A stretch of 64,000 nt of DNA. It comes from Cyanidioschyzon merolae. Its lineage: Eukaryota. The stretch is taken from assembly GCA_000091205.1 (NCBI GenBank), contig AP006499.2. One strand, 5' to 3'. The translations under genes and the position numbers were made by a program. The first letter of the stretch is position 1. Each line of letters starts with the position of its first letter. Of the stretch, positions 43,882 to 54,027 are shown one piece after another. Under the pieces are notes generated by a model. That model had not been told where the DNA came from. It worked only from the letters and a program-made list of their open reading frames with translations, and ran no database searches.

Positions 43882-45507
43882 GTGCGAGGCGGTACGATGG
43901 AATCCAGTTTCCGCGTGCGGTTGCCAAGCGCGTCCCATGTCCGTATTTTCGGAAGTGCACTCTCCTGTCTAGCCCGCTGCCAGACTGCGTATTCACTTCA
44001 GCGCTTTTCCGAAGCAGGCGCGAAGGATAATAGCGCTTTCGAAGGCATCTGGCTCGCGGCCTCTGCCTCAAGCCTAACTTTATCCATTCAGAATTTGGGA
44101 TGCGTTGCGGAAATCAGTTTCCCCCGCGCATTCTTCTCACGCGAGCAGGGCGGGCGTCTAGAAGCGCCTCCAGGTCGGACGCTCTCTGTCAGTGTCGACC
44201 CAGTATTATGGTGGCCGGTGTTCCGGCATGCCGTCGGGAGTGCGGGTGCTGCTGCAAATGTCGAGCGCCGACGCGCTCACCCTGGCACACCCTCGGGCCC
44301 AAAAGCGCCATCGAACGCTTCCGGCGGGGTACCGGTCGAGCAGCTAGAAATACGTGCAGATACGCGTGATCGTGAACTGGTGCTCGATGCAGTAGCCTCC
44401 GTTGGATATGCGTTGGGTCGCAAGGCCCGTCCTCCGGTTGGATTCCACGACAACCGACATTGGCGTTTCCAATTTCGTTTCCAAGCTCTGATGCGGTATC
44501 AGGCATTGTCGCTGAACGAGCGTTCAGCACCTGAACACTATCGCTGTCGCATGCGCTTCGCACCGCGCGTCTTCCTCGAAGCGCTCTCGAATATGCATCG
44601 TCGTGTTGTTCACCTACACTTCTATTTCGAGCAACATCAATTGCGTTTAGCGAGTGCGGTAACGGAACAGCTCGCGAGACACTATGGTGAGCGGCCAGAT
44701 TCGCGCATCGTGTCGCTGCATACCCAAGTGAAGATTGATGGCAGTGAGCTCGATGTGTACGAGGGCTTTGCGCAGTTCTTCCAGGAGGCAGGCACGAATC
44801 AGAACCTGGATGATGCCGAGAATCGATCGGCTTTCGAGACCAGCATTTCATCGGGCAGAACTGTTTTCGTTGTCCCGCTCCGTCCGTTCAAAGCTTGGCT
44901 GGAGCTCAGCCAGCGGCTTCAGTGCTCAGTGTGGATGCTATACGAGTCGGGTGGACAACTGATGCTGCGACTCGAGAAGGCACCTGCCACTGATTACGCG
45001 CAGCACCTGAGCGCCGCCACGGATGCACAGTCAGTTATGGGAGATACCTGGCCCGCAGACTTTACAGACGACTCTCAGCTCTTGTCATCCTTGCTTTCGG
45101 CAGACATGCAACTGAATATTCGAGGAAGCGCTAGTCTCACTAGTGCATTGTCATCGCTGGGGCAGGCACAGCATGGGACATGGCTCGTTGCTGCGAGTGC
45201 CAGAAATTCTAGCGCTGCATTGGAGCACACACAGAACCAGAACGACGCGAGTCGTGCGGCACTCATAGCAGCACCGTGCATCGCGAATGGGAGCGACCGC
45301 CTTCCATTCGGATCATCCTCCTTGTTGCACGTGGACGAGGCCGCCAGAGACATTCCGCAAGCAGCGCTCTTCGCTGATCATTCCCGAACCGCCAGCCCCG
45401 TCTTGAACTCTGGTGATAACACTGAATCTGATGACGAGAGCGAGCGTTCGGTTGGCGGCACCCCGCCGCCAGTAGCATCCTTTATCGCAGATGTCTGGCC
45501 TAGTTAG
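43882..45507 (+). CDS. Hypothetical protein with weak resemblance to a PCNA-like checkpoint clamp subunit (Rad9/Rad1-like) plus an acidic S/TQ-rich tail.
   Basis: The N-terminus ...VRIFGSALSCLARCQTAYSLQ... resembles RAD9A [22 protein letters not shown]. The body is about 270 aa and the tail about 200 aa with several SQ/TQ sites. The similarity is low and judged by eye only. Confidence 0.3.
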   Translation: MRGGTMESSFRVRLPSASHVRIFGSALSCLARCQTAYSLQRFSEAGAKDNSAFEGIWLAASASSLTLSIQNLGCVAEISFPRAFFSREQGGRLEAPPGRTLSVSVDPVLWWPVFRHAVGSAGAAANVERRRAHPGTPSGPKAPSNASGGVPVEQLEIRADTRDRELVLDAVASVGYALGRKARPPVGFHDNRHWRFQFRFQALMRYQALSLNERSAPEHYRCRMRFAPRVFLEALSNMHRRVVHLHFYFEQHQLRLASAVTEQLARHYGERPDSRIVSLHTQVKIDGSELDVYEGFAQFFQEAGTNQNLDDAENRSAFETSISSGRTVFVVPLRPFKAWLELSQRLQCSVWMLYESGGQLMLRLEKAPATDYAQHLSAATDAQSVMGDTWPADFTDDSQLLSSLLSADMQLNIRGSASLTSALSSLGQAQHGTWLVAASARNSSAALEHTQNQNDASRAALIAAPCIANGSDRLPFGSSSLLHVDEAARDIPQAALFADHSRTASPVLNSGDNTESDDESERSVGGTPPPVASFIADVWPS

Positions 45508-45996
45508 ATGTTCAGCATAGCAGTTGCGTGGAAGCACCTCCGAGGCGAAGTGTCTAGCGGAAGCCCGACGCTCGCCGAGCGCACGACCTCAACGGTTTCG
45601 AGCCTGGGCACGGGTACGCACATCCCGATCCGTATTCCATTGGCGTGGCTGGTGCTCTGGAAAGGTCCCTGTTTCCAGCCGCCGCCTCGAACAAGCGTAG
45701 GCACGCCATCTGGGCCCTTGAGAGGCAGCAACTCGCGATACTGTATACACCGCGAACGTCGTTTGGCATCGTAAACGATTACGTTGAAGTCAAGTGAGTG
45801 CTGTTCACCTGTAACATTCATGTGATACACAAGCGGGATCCTATAAACGTCCCGGCACGCACACTTTTCTCTTCAACATGCACCGGTTTCGCTCTGCGTT
45901 CATAACCAGAATCTGAGAACAGCTACCTCAGCATTCCCTGAGTTGGACACTTTGTCTTCGCTCTGCGTTCATGTACACGATCTGAGAAAAGCTCCG

Positions 45997-46929
45997 TTAC
46001 AGCGGCGGTCGAGCTGGGTGCACTCGTGCACGCCTCGCATAGGAGGAGGCGGTTTGCACGCTACCATCTGCGGGTACCTGTTCTTCTTGTGGCTCCTTGT
46101 GCAGCGTTGATGCGATCAGCCCGAATGGTTTGATTTCTACGGCGACTTCGTCACCTTTTGGCATCTGGAACATGCGATAGAAGCCCCGCATGACGCCCAA
46201 AGGTGCCGCCAACACGCACTGACTCCGATACTCGTAGCTGTCACCGACTTGGAGGGTCGGCGTCTGGCCGACCACCCCGAGACCCCGCACCGTCTGTAGC
46301 TGACCCTCTAGGTCATTGATATCCCAGTGGCGTCCGAGGAGCAGCACGGGTGCAGGACCATGGTTCTCTATCCGTACAAAATACGTGAAATGGTACATAT
46401 CACGTAGACCATCCAGACCAACGCCACGTTGCTCGCGACCGAGAAACAACGAATCCACCTGAACCCGCACGCCTGCCGTCAAACAACTCGAGTGCGGTTC
46501 ATAGACTAAGCGCTTCAGCGCGACAACGCGCGATTGTAGCACTCTGAGCAATCCGAACCCAAGCTCCAGTTCTCTTTCACTCGGCTGCTGCTCTGTGAAG
46601 CTTCTTTCACGCACGGAGCGACGCAGCGCTGCAGCGAGCTGCCACGGGTCTCGCGGCGCCTTCCCGGGCACCACTCGTGCGAGTTCATTTAATGCGGGAC
46701 CCAGTGTTCCACAGAATATGCTCCATTCGCGGGCGTGGAACGCTGACGGGAGCACGCTCCTGCTGCTTTCTACTCGCGTCCACTCGCGAGCATAGTCGCG
46801 CAGCGAACGCTGCAAGGCTCTGTACAAAACGCTGGCCGTAGAACGCCTCGGGGAAGCGTTCCAAGTCGAACTTGCACTGTACGGGTGAGAGGGACAGCGA
46901 ATGCGCCCTGTGAGCAGCCGACTAGCCAT
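45997..46929 (-). CDS. ApaG (DUF525) domain protein with an N-terminal extension.
   Basis: YHFTYFVRIENHGPAPVLLLGRHWDINDLEGQLQTVRGLGVVGQTPTLQVGDSYEYRSQCVLAAPLGVMRGFYRMFQMPKGDEVAVEIKPFGL follows the ApaG fold signature (Y.F.Y.I.I.N......QL..RHW.I.D..G....V.G.GVVG.QP.L.PG..F.Y.S...L.TP.G.M.G.Y.M....G..F...I..F.L). Confidence 0.8.
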   Translation of the reverse strand: MASRLLTGRIRCPSHPYSASSTWNASPRRSTASVLYRALQRSLRDYAREWTRVESSRSVLPSAFHAREWSIFCGTLGPALNELARVVPGKAPRDPWQLAAALRRSVRERSFTEQQPSERELELGFGLLRVLQSRVVALKRLVYEPHSSCLTAGVRVQVDSLFLGREQRGVGLDGLRDMYHFTYFVRIENHGPAPVLLLGRHWDINDLEGQLQTVRGLGVVGQTPTLQVGDSYEYRSQCVLAAPLGVMRGFYRMFQMPKGDEVAVEIKPFGLIASTLHKEPQEEQVPADGSVQTASSYARRARVHPARPPL

Positions 46930-47249
46930 CCAGCAACGAAAGAGCCGTTACACGAGCTTTGACCTGCATCGGAACCGAGGTCGAATGAGCGGCGAGCGCG
47001 TAGGCGACAAGCTGCAGCCGCTTCGCCCTGGGCTCGTTCAGCTCTGCATTCATTCCGCAGTGTGCATGTGATAAGCCTTGATAGCATGTGGGTATTTGCT
47101 GCTCCTGTCAAGCAACCGAATCATATACAGTGGAATGGAACGATCGGGCATGAAACCTGGCGACTCTGCGGGATCCGGGTCGGTGCACTAGACCCGTGTT
47201 CGATGACAATGCCTCCCTGAACTGGGCGCTCGATTCCAACCGTTCGACT

Positions 47250-48700
47250 TTGGCCCAGGGTTTTCATACACAGAGTCTCGACATCCAAAGTGCAGCAATA
47301 AGCGCCGACGCATTCCTAGGTAGTGCCCGCATGCCCGATAGTCTTTTCGGGATGTCTGCTTCGAGTTGTTGCAGCACGAAGTTGTCTTGGCACCGGCATT
47401 GCGATCCTTCGCGACGTCCTCGAATAAGGGTTCGTGAAATCATCGATATCGCTATTGGATTTATACCTACAAGCCGCAATTTTATTCTTTTCCGGACATT
47501 TTGAAAACAGGAACGCTTCACGTTTTCGATTTTTTCTTCGAGGGAGCTCATGATGACGGGAATTCCCTCCGTTGGGCCGATGAGAAAGAATCTCGACGTC
47601 GTCTCGTGACGACTCATTCACAAGCTCATGCCGAAAGTTCACCGAAGATGGCACGTCAAATAATCGTTTCTATTCTATAGACGAGGCCCGACCTCTGAAA
47701 GAGATCCAGGTAACATTATTCGACGGAAACATGCTACGGCTGTCGGGATGCGCTCGCAGGGGCTCCCGTCTCTTCTGATTGCTTGGAAAAGGATTCTGGA
47801 CTCGGACTTGAGTCATCGCAGCGCTCGCTTCCGGTGGGGAGTGCGTTACCGCTTTGCACCAGGGGGGTTTGCTTAGACGGAAAGAAAATTTCTCGAGAAC
47901 ATTTCGAGCCTGGATTCCTCGTCCAGTACTGGATTCATCATGAACAACATTGCCGTCCGCAAATCCATCATCGAATGGAACAGCAGGCGCTCGTTTTTCC
48001 AGCGAACAGCGTCGTCGCTGACGGGATCGCTCATAACAAGCCCGTACTCTTTGGGGACGCCATCAGGTGCGAAAACGGTGCACGGTATCGTGCCCGGCAT
48101 TCTCGATTGGTCAAGTGCATATCCGTCGAGCGATGAACGAAGGCGTCTCGAGCCACAGTGCAGCCCATGGAGGAGAAGCTGAAGTGCTTGACATACGAGA
48201 ACACCCGAACCGGAGCCAGACGCCACCGTTGCAAATCGGATATCGACGCAGTATGCAAAATCAAGATGAAAATGGCAAGAGAAGCGCAGATCGCTTCTTC
48301 TCTCTGTGCATGATATGCGTTGACAACCGGCAAAAGGGCGAAATTGTGACGTGCACGCCACCATGAACCTCATTCGACTGCTGACAGAGGAGCTGGAGGC
48401 ACAGGAGAAACCAGCGTATTGAAAAACGTGCATCAGACAGAGGGAAACAAACCAGTCGCAAAAAAAGCTCGCAAAGACTGGTGTTCACGAAATCTGGAAG
48501 AGGCCCGACATTTATCGCATACAACCGAGGTAGCTGTCTGGGTCTCCATCCATTTCAGTTTGGAATGGGCGTTGTGCAATACCGCGAAACCTTGGAGTCA
48601 GCTGTACGCTCGAGAATATCGACTTTGACCTACCAGTGCATTTTTGCGAATGATGCTCATGCCCGCAGAGCGCTCTAGTCCGGGAAATGAACATGCAGTG
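47250..48700 (-). repeat. Full-length copy (X) of the dispersed repeat family.
   Basis: Block F reverse complement GACATCCAAAGTGCAGCAAT is at 47280-47299. Block D TTCACAAGCTCATGCCGAAAGTTCACC is at 47615-47648. Block C TGGACTCGGACTTGAGTCATCGCAGCGCTCG is at 47798-47834. Block B GGATTCATCATGAACAACATTGC is at 47931-47953. Block A ATTCGACTGCTGACAGAGGAGCTGGAG is at 48371-48397. The interior is about 65-75% identical to Y with indels. Confidence 0.8.
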
Positions 48701-49009
48701 CAGATGTCAAGACGCTCCCGGTCACGCAGCCGGTCATCGGCGGATCGTCGCCTCACGGACAATCCACCACTTCGGTGTACGAGTAGATGCAAAGTCGCCG
48801 CTGACAAAGTCCAAACATGTCGACGGATTCGAGGACGCCCTGCTGGATTGCTTGCGCTACACAGGGCCCGTACTCCCGGAGCGATCACATTCCTAGATAG
48901 TCAACCTATGTCTAGTTTCGTTGCCCCCGTCTTCGCCATCCACCACGATCCAGTCCTTTAGGGACAATAATGTACATAACTGATACCCCGCATTGCAGCA
49001 GCGCCTGCA

Positions 49010-52000
49010 GTGTTCCGGCGTCCTTCGAGACGCACTGCGCCTCCGAAGCCGCAGGTCGGACGCCTTTCCCGAAAAGCGTTCTTGTACGGCTCCATGATCG
49101 AGGCGACTGCCGTAGAGGTAGATCGTGAAGGGAATCATGGTCAGCGTAACCGGTGGCACCGCGTTCCAAAGCGCAGACGTCAAGCAGTTCCCGCTGCAGC
49201 GTTGAAGGAAAACGCCCAGCGCCGACAGGAGACCGCCGCGAAACGTGGCCTAGAGAGGCACGCCGAACGAGAGCGATATTTTGCCATTCTTGGATCACAG
49301 ATGCTTTCAAGCTCATTACGGGACCAGTTACTACCTTCGCAAGCACTTAGTGGACACAAACGACGACGCGCCGGTCCCGAGGTGGCTTCGCACCCGCACC
49401 CGCCTGAGCGAACGGAGGCCGAACGCGCGCCGACGCCCACGGCGACAGCTCCGAAGCACTTGTCGCAGGCACCGGTTCAGAAGCGATTTCGGTCGCGTCA
49501 GCACCAGACCCCGGCAGCCTTGGCGGCACGTATTGGCAGCGATCCAGAGCCTGGTACAGACACCCCGCCCGAGTGCTCAAAAGCAAATGCTCGTACGAGC
49601 GTTGTGGTGCGGTGTGAAAGTGGTCACCCAGTTTCTATGCCGGAACCCAAAGATACACAGAATCTCTGTGAAATGCCGTCACATGCCCATTCAGATGTCA
49701 TGGTGGACCGCACGGACGCTACACTGAATACACTGGCGGGTATTGCAGTGTGTAGCCCGTCGTCGGCGCTGTCCATCGACACGCGTCTTCAAACGTCTTG
49801 CGAAACAACACGCCGCGCGAGTAATGTATCATCATCATCATCATCATCGTTGATGCTAGCTCCATCCATAACAGACGTAGACAATGGGCGGACCACTGCA
49901 GAACAGACAAGTACTGGGAAACTGTCGCTCGCCTTGGTATCGCTTCCGAATCAAGGCGCATACTGTCAGCACCTGTACCAGCATCGGCAGGAAATGCTAG
50001 CCCCTGTACATCATGAAGACGACGATGGGTACGCCGCGGTGGTGCCGGTTGCCCACGGATTACCTGCTGCCGCGTACCGGCGGGATTCTGTCGCGGCGCC
50101 TGCACCTCGCTCCTTCTATGTGACACTGGAACGGACAGCAGACATCCAGACACGTCGAGCGTCTCTGCCCGTATTCGAATTGGAGCAGGAATTCATGGAG
50201 ATGGTCCGCGATCGCGATGTTGTCATCGTGGTCGGCCCAACAGGCTCTGGGAAAACAACCCAGATACCGCAGTTTCTTTACGAGGCTGGGTACGGGCATC
50301 CCGACGAGCGGCGCCGACCCGGTGGTTCAGTTGCAATTGTCCAGCCACGACGTCTGGCAGCAGTCTGGTGTGCAGAGCGCGTTGCCTCAGAGCTAGGAAC
50401 AGAAATTTTACGACAAACGCGAGAAGACGAGACGGGCGGCGTGAGGCAACCTGTCCAACTCGGCGTCCAGGTAGGATATCATGTTCGCCACGATCGAAAA
50501 GTCCATGACGAGCACACCCGGCTTGTTTTCGTTACCGACGGTATTTTGCTCCAACAGCTAGCGGAGGACATTGCTCTTCGACACTTTGGATGCGTTGTTC
50601 TCGACGAAGTACACGAAAGGAGCATCCAAATGGATTTGCTCCTGGGACTTCTCAGTCGAACGGTTCGCCTGCGACGTTCACCCGCCTGGCAATCAGCGTA
50701 TCCAAATATCGGACCTCTCAAGCTAATTATCATGTCTGCGACGGTTGATGCAGAATCCCTGGCGCGGCATCCTAGACTCTTTACGAGCGCGACATCAGCG
50801 ATGCTTGCGAAACTGCCCAGTGGTAGCGTACCGGAAATGCCGAGGTCGCCTGCGACACGCTCGGAGGCATTGCGGGTGTCATCATGCGCAATCAGCGATG
50901 TGCCTTCGGTATCGAGCGAGGCGACTCTGTGCTGCTTCGCGAAAGCTTCGGATGCGGGTGTGTCTTCACCTGATGCTGAGGCTCATCTGCTGCCAGCCGT
51001 CGCTCCACAGCATGCAGGCAGCGATGCGCTGGATACGCGTCATACGCAACCGGCGAGTGTTGCGGCACTGCAGGCACTACGCGCTGCAGCAGAAGCTGAT
51101 GCAGCCATAGCGGCAGGACGTTCCGCGGGCGACAAACCAGAAGCCGGCGCTGCTTCAGCGCCAGCAGTGCTGGTTGTTCCTGGACGTCAGTATCCTGTCA
51201 CCATCCACTTTGCTCGACAGACGCATCGTGACTACATCGCTGCTGCCTGCGAGAAATGTCTCAAAATTCACCAACGCTTACCTGCGGGCCATATTCTGGT
51301 GTTCCTCCCGGGTCGCCGGGCCATCGCACAGCTCTGTGCTTCCTTGCGAAAGGCGTGCCGAGGCACCTGCGAACGCCCACTTCATGTCAAACCTTTATAC
51401 GCGGGAATCTCCCGGGTCGCCCAGGAGGCGCTCGAGCACGCCGTTCACGGAACGGAGCGGGTGTGCATCGTCGCAACGAATGTTGCTGAAAGCGCCATCA
51501 CGATTCCCAACGTTCGCTACGTCGTAGACAGCGGACTCGTGCGGCGAGTCATGACCCATGCGTACAACAGCGAGGGCGTCTCGCTGCACCAAGTCACCTG
51601 GACAAGTCAAGCCTCTGCGCAACAGCGAGCTGGCAGAGCCGGACGCACCGCTCCCGGGCACTGTTATCGCCTCTATTCTGTCGCAACATTTGTGAACCTC
51701 TTTCCGGCAACGGATACTCCCGAAATCCAACGCATGCCGTTGGAATCGGTGCTGCTGTTTCTGAGCCGCCTCGGCATACGCCATCCATTGCGCTTTCCCT
51801 GGGTAACGACACCAGGAGCAGCCGCGCTGCGCAAAGCGCACTGGGTTCTCCGGGTGCTCGGAGCCGTCCAGGACGAGCGTGCTTCTCGCCACGTGACCAG
51901 TCCGTCGGTTGAAGAGCGCGCCTTGGCGGCACCGAGCGCTGCACCAGATGACCTGTCGCTGGAAGCGCCTACACCACTGGGGATCGCCATGGCCCGCGTA

Positions 52001-53617
52001 CCGGTATCGGCTCGGCTGGCAAGATTGCTTTTCTGGGTGCGTGACCACAGTCCAGACGCTATTCGGTACGGGATCCGCCTTGTTGCCCTTTTGAGTGTAC
52101 GTGAAATCATGAGCAGCGGCAGCGGCAGCGGCAGCGGCACGTTACCACTTGCGAACAAGGACTCATCAGAGAGTGCATCTGGGGGCCGTTATGCTTTTCG
52201 CCGAGCGCTCTATCATCCACAGAGCGAGCTGCTTACCAAACTTCGGTTCCTGGGTGCTGCTGAATACGCTTGGCGAGCGGAAGGCGGCTTCCGTGCACTC
52301 ACTCGATTTTGTGCATTGTACGGTCTGCAGGAATCCACTGTTCGAGAAGCGCTCCTCATCGTGCAACAGTTGGAGCGGCGCGCAGACCGCTTCCTGGGCA
52401 AGCAGTGCTTGGATGATCTCGCTCCTAATGGAACAGCAGAAACTCGACCAGAGGGATCCGAAACAGACGGTTGCAAGCGTCCGCAGGATGTGCGAGATCT
52501 CGCTGCAGGGTGCTTTTGTGGCAGCGAGCCGGACCCCATGATCGACGATGACGATACGGAAACAGAGGCGGACAACGACAACGACGACGGGATCCCGTTC
52601 CAGGATCCCAGTGTCCACGTATCCAAGGGGCAACGACGAGGTTTCGTTTGCCGCTGGGGCGATGAACCGCTGCGGCCTCCATCACCAGAACAGGAGCAGA
52701 CGCTTTGTCGTGCCCTGCTGGCGGCCTTCCCGGACCAGGTAGCGCGGCGAATGCATACAGAGGAGGCCAAGGATTGGCGGCAACAGCACTCTGGAGTGCG
52801 TACGAATGGAGTCCTTTTCCGCTGCCCGGTCTGGGAAACAAAGGATTGCGAGTCGGTCGAGGGAGTCGTGGCGCGTGTGTCACCGTGCTGCCCGGTGGAT
52901 GTCTCTGGTGATGAAGTTCAGTACCTCCTGTATACCGAAGTAACGCTCGAGGAGCTGGAACCTTCACCGGACCCGGCCACAAAGTCTCCTGCTACTGTGG
53001 CAACCCTGCGAGGCTCGACGCGTATCGAACCCGCCTGGTTAACGACGCTGAATCATCCGTGCTTGGTACGCTATGGAGACGTCGTTGCGGAACCTGCTCC
53101 AAAGTATGATGCAGAAGCGGATCAGGTGATGGCCTGGGTGCGCTGTCTCTACGGTCGAGAGGCCTGGACCTTGCCCCTCTGCTGGATGCCGCTTCCAGCG
53201 TTTACACAGGACCCCTTGGACGGGCAGATAGAGGATCAGCGGGAGCGCAGGATCTGTATCTTCGCCAGGGCACTACTAGAGCGACAAGTGCTACCGCGTC
53301 TTCCTCCGCCGGCTATTCAGCATGCATTACAACCGTCACCTGCTGTGCTCACCTGGGGTCTCGAGCACGGCGAACGGTCTACATCTGGGGATCGCCACTG
53401 TAACTTGGGGTATAGGCGGCATCGGGCGGCCGTTCTCCTGGTGACAGCTCTCAAGCGGTACGACATCACGAGCCGGCAGGCGTTGTTTCGGCAGTGGCGA
53501 CGCGACCCCTTCTACCTCCGCTATGAGTTTCTCTTATGGGTGCCAGCCGCACATCAGGGCATGATCCAGCAGCAGTGGACAACACTTACACAGCAAGATG
53601 CAGGTTGTTCGGTCTGA
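49010..53617 (+). CDS. DHX37: DEAH-box ATP-dependent RNA helicase, DHX37/Dhr1-like. It has a about 390-aa low-complexity N-terminal extension and large insertions between and after the RecA domains. The start is uncertain.
   Basis: Motif I is VVGPTGSGKTTQIPQFLYEAG. Motif II is VVLDEVHERS. Also present are SATVD, LVFLPGRRAI, TNVAESAITIPNVRYVVDSG and QRAGRAGR, then helicase-associated HA2/OB-like C-terminal regions. The pre-helicase sequence LPVFELEQEFMEMVRD matches DHX37 (LPI...). Confidence 0.85.
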   Translation: MFRRPSRRTAPPKPQVGRLSRKAFLYGSMIEATAVEVDREGNHGQRNRWHRVPKRRRQAVPAAALKENAQRRQETAAKRGLERHAERERYFAILGSQMLSSSLRDQLLPSQALSGHKRRRAGPEVASHPHPPERTEAERAPTPTATAPKHLSQAPVQKRFRSRQHQTPAALAARIGSDPEPGTDTPPECSKANARTSVVVRCESGHPVSMPEPKDTQNLCEMPSHAHSDVMVDRTDATLNTLAGIAVCSPSSALSIDTRLQTSCETTRRASNVSSSSSSSLMLAPSITDVDNGRTTAEQTSTGKLSLALVSLPNQGAYCQHLYQHRQEMLAPVHHEDDDGYAAVVPVAHGLPAAAYRRDSVAAPAPRSFYVTLERTADIQTRRASLPVFELEQEFMEMVRDRDVVIVVGPTGSGKTTQIPQFLYEAGYGHPDERRRPGGSVAIVQPRRLAAVWCAERVASELGTEILRQTREDETGGVRQPVQLGVQVGYHVRHDRKVHDEHTRLVFVTDGILLQQLAEDIALRHFGCVVLDEVHERSIQMDLLLGLLSRTVRLRRSPAWQSAYPNIGPLKLIIMSATVDAESLARHPRLFTSATSAMLAKLPSGSVPEMPRSPATRSEALRVSSCAISDVPSVSSEATLCCFAKASDAGVSSPDAEAHLLPAVAPQHAGSDALDTRHTQPASVAALQALRAAAEADAAIAAGRSAGDKPEAGAASAPAVLVVPGRQYPVTIHFARQTHRDYIAAACEKCLKIHQRLPAGHILVFLPGRRAIAQLCASLRKACRGTCERPLHVKPLYAGISRVAQEALEHAVHGTERVCIVATNVAESAITIPNVRYVVDSGLVRRVMTHAYNSEGVSLHQVTWTSQASAQQRAGRAGRTAPGHCYRLYSVATFVNLFPATDTPEIQRMPLESVLLFLSRLGIRHPLRFPWVTTPGAAALRKAHWVLRVLGAVQDERASRHVTSPSVEERALAAPSAAPDDLSLEAPTPLGIAMARVPVSARLARLLFWVRDHSPDAIRYGIRLVALLSVREIMSSGSGSGSGTLPLANKDSSESASGGRYAFRRALYHPQSELLTKLRFLGAAEYAWRAEGGFRALTRFCALYGLQESTVREALLIVQQLERRADRFLGKQCLDDLAPNGTAETRPEGSETDGCKRPQDVRDLAAGCFCGSEPDPMIDDDDTETEADNDNDDGIPFQDPSVHVSKGQRRGFVCRWGDEPLRPPSPEQEQTLCRALLAAFPDQVARRMHTEEAKDWRQQHSGVRTNGVLFRCPVWETKDCESVEGVVARVSPCCPVDVSGDEVQYLLYTEVTLEELEPSPDPATKSPATVATLRGSTRIEPAWLTTLNHPCLVRYGDVVAEPAPKYDAEADQVMAWVRCLYGREAWTLPLCWMPLPAFTQDPLDGQIEDQRERRICIFARALLERQVLPRLPPPAIQHALQPSPAVLTWGLEHGERSTSGDRHCNLGYRRHRAAVLLVTALKRYDITSRQALFRQWRRDPFYLRYEFLLWVPAAHQGMIQQQWTTLTQQDAGCSV
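49832..49852. repeat. (TCA)7 microsatellite inside the helicase N-terminal extension (polySer).
   Basis: Direct reading: ATCATCATCATCATCATCATCG. Confidence 0.85.
52118..52141. repeat. (GGCAGC)4 hexanucleotide repeat; it encodes (SG)n within the helicase.
   Basis: Direct reading: AGCGGCAGCGGCAGCGGCAGCGGCAC. Confidence 0.85.
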
Positions 53618-54027
53618 CGTCTCTAAAGCGAATACGCCTGCGATGGTGTGCGGATTCCTCGTTCCGTATTTGCTTTCGAATGAGCGCAGGAATCCCGTTC
53701 AAGTATTGTGCTACGTTTGCGCGTATTCCATCTACCGTTTCACAAGCAAGTGGTCAGGGCGTGGATTTTAGACTCCTCGATCGACAACGATTTGCAAGTG
53801 AGCGCGGTGATCTCGCGCTTACGCTGCAAAACTCTCTCAAGACGCCGAACATTGATCAGCTCGCGTTGATAATAGCATGCCCCTACCTCCACGACGAATA
53901 CGCAGTGTAGAACTCAGGATAATTTGGAACTCCCATGGGGTATCCTCGGAGCACCTCGGATACTGCCAAATGTGGTGCTCGGACGGTTCATGTTTGCGCG
54001 GACTACAACAACACCACGAACCGCTCG

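Noticed and set aside
47783-48433. Treating the ORFs inside the dispersed repeat copies (e.g. 47873-48433 -, 55101-55523 -, 58645-59223 +, 29715-30101 -) as an intact paralogous gene family.
   Set aside because: Copies share peptide segments, but these lie in different frames relative to one another with indels that are not multiples of three, and no copy has an uninterrupted frame across all shared segments. They are reported as a repeat family with a possibly decayed ORF rather than as CDS features.
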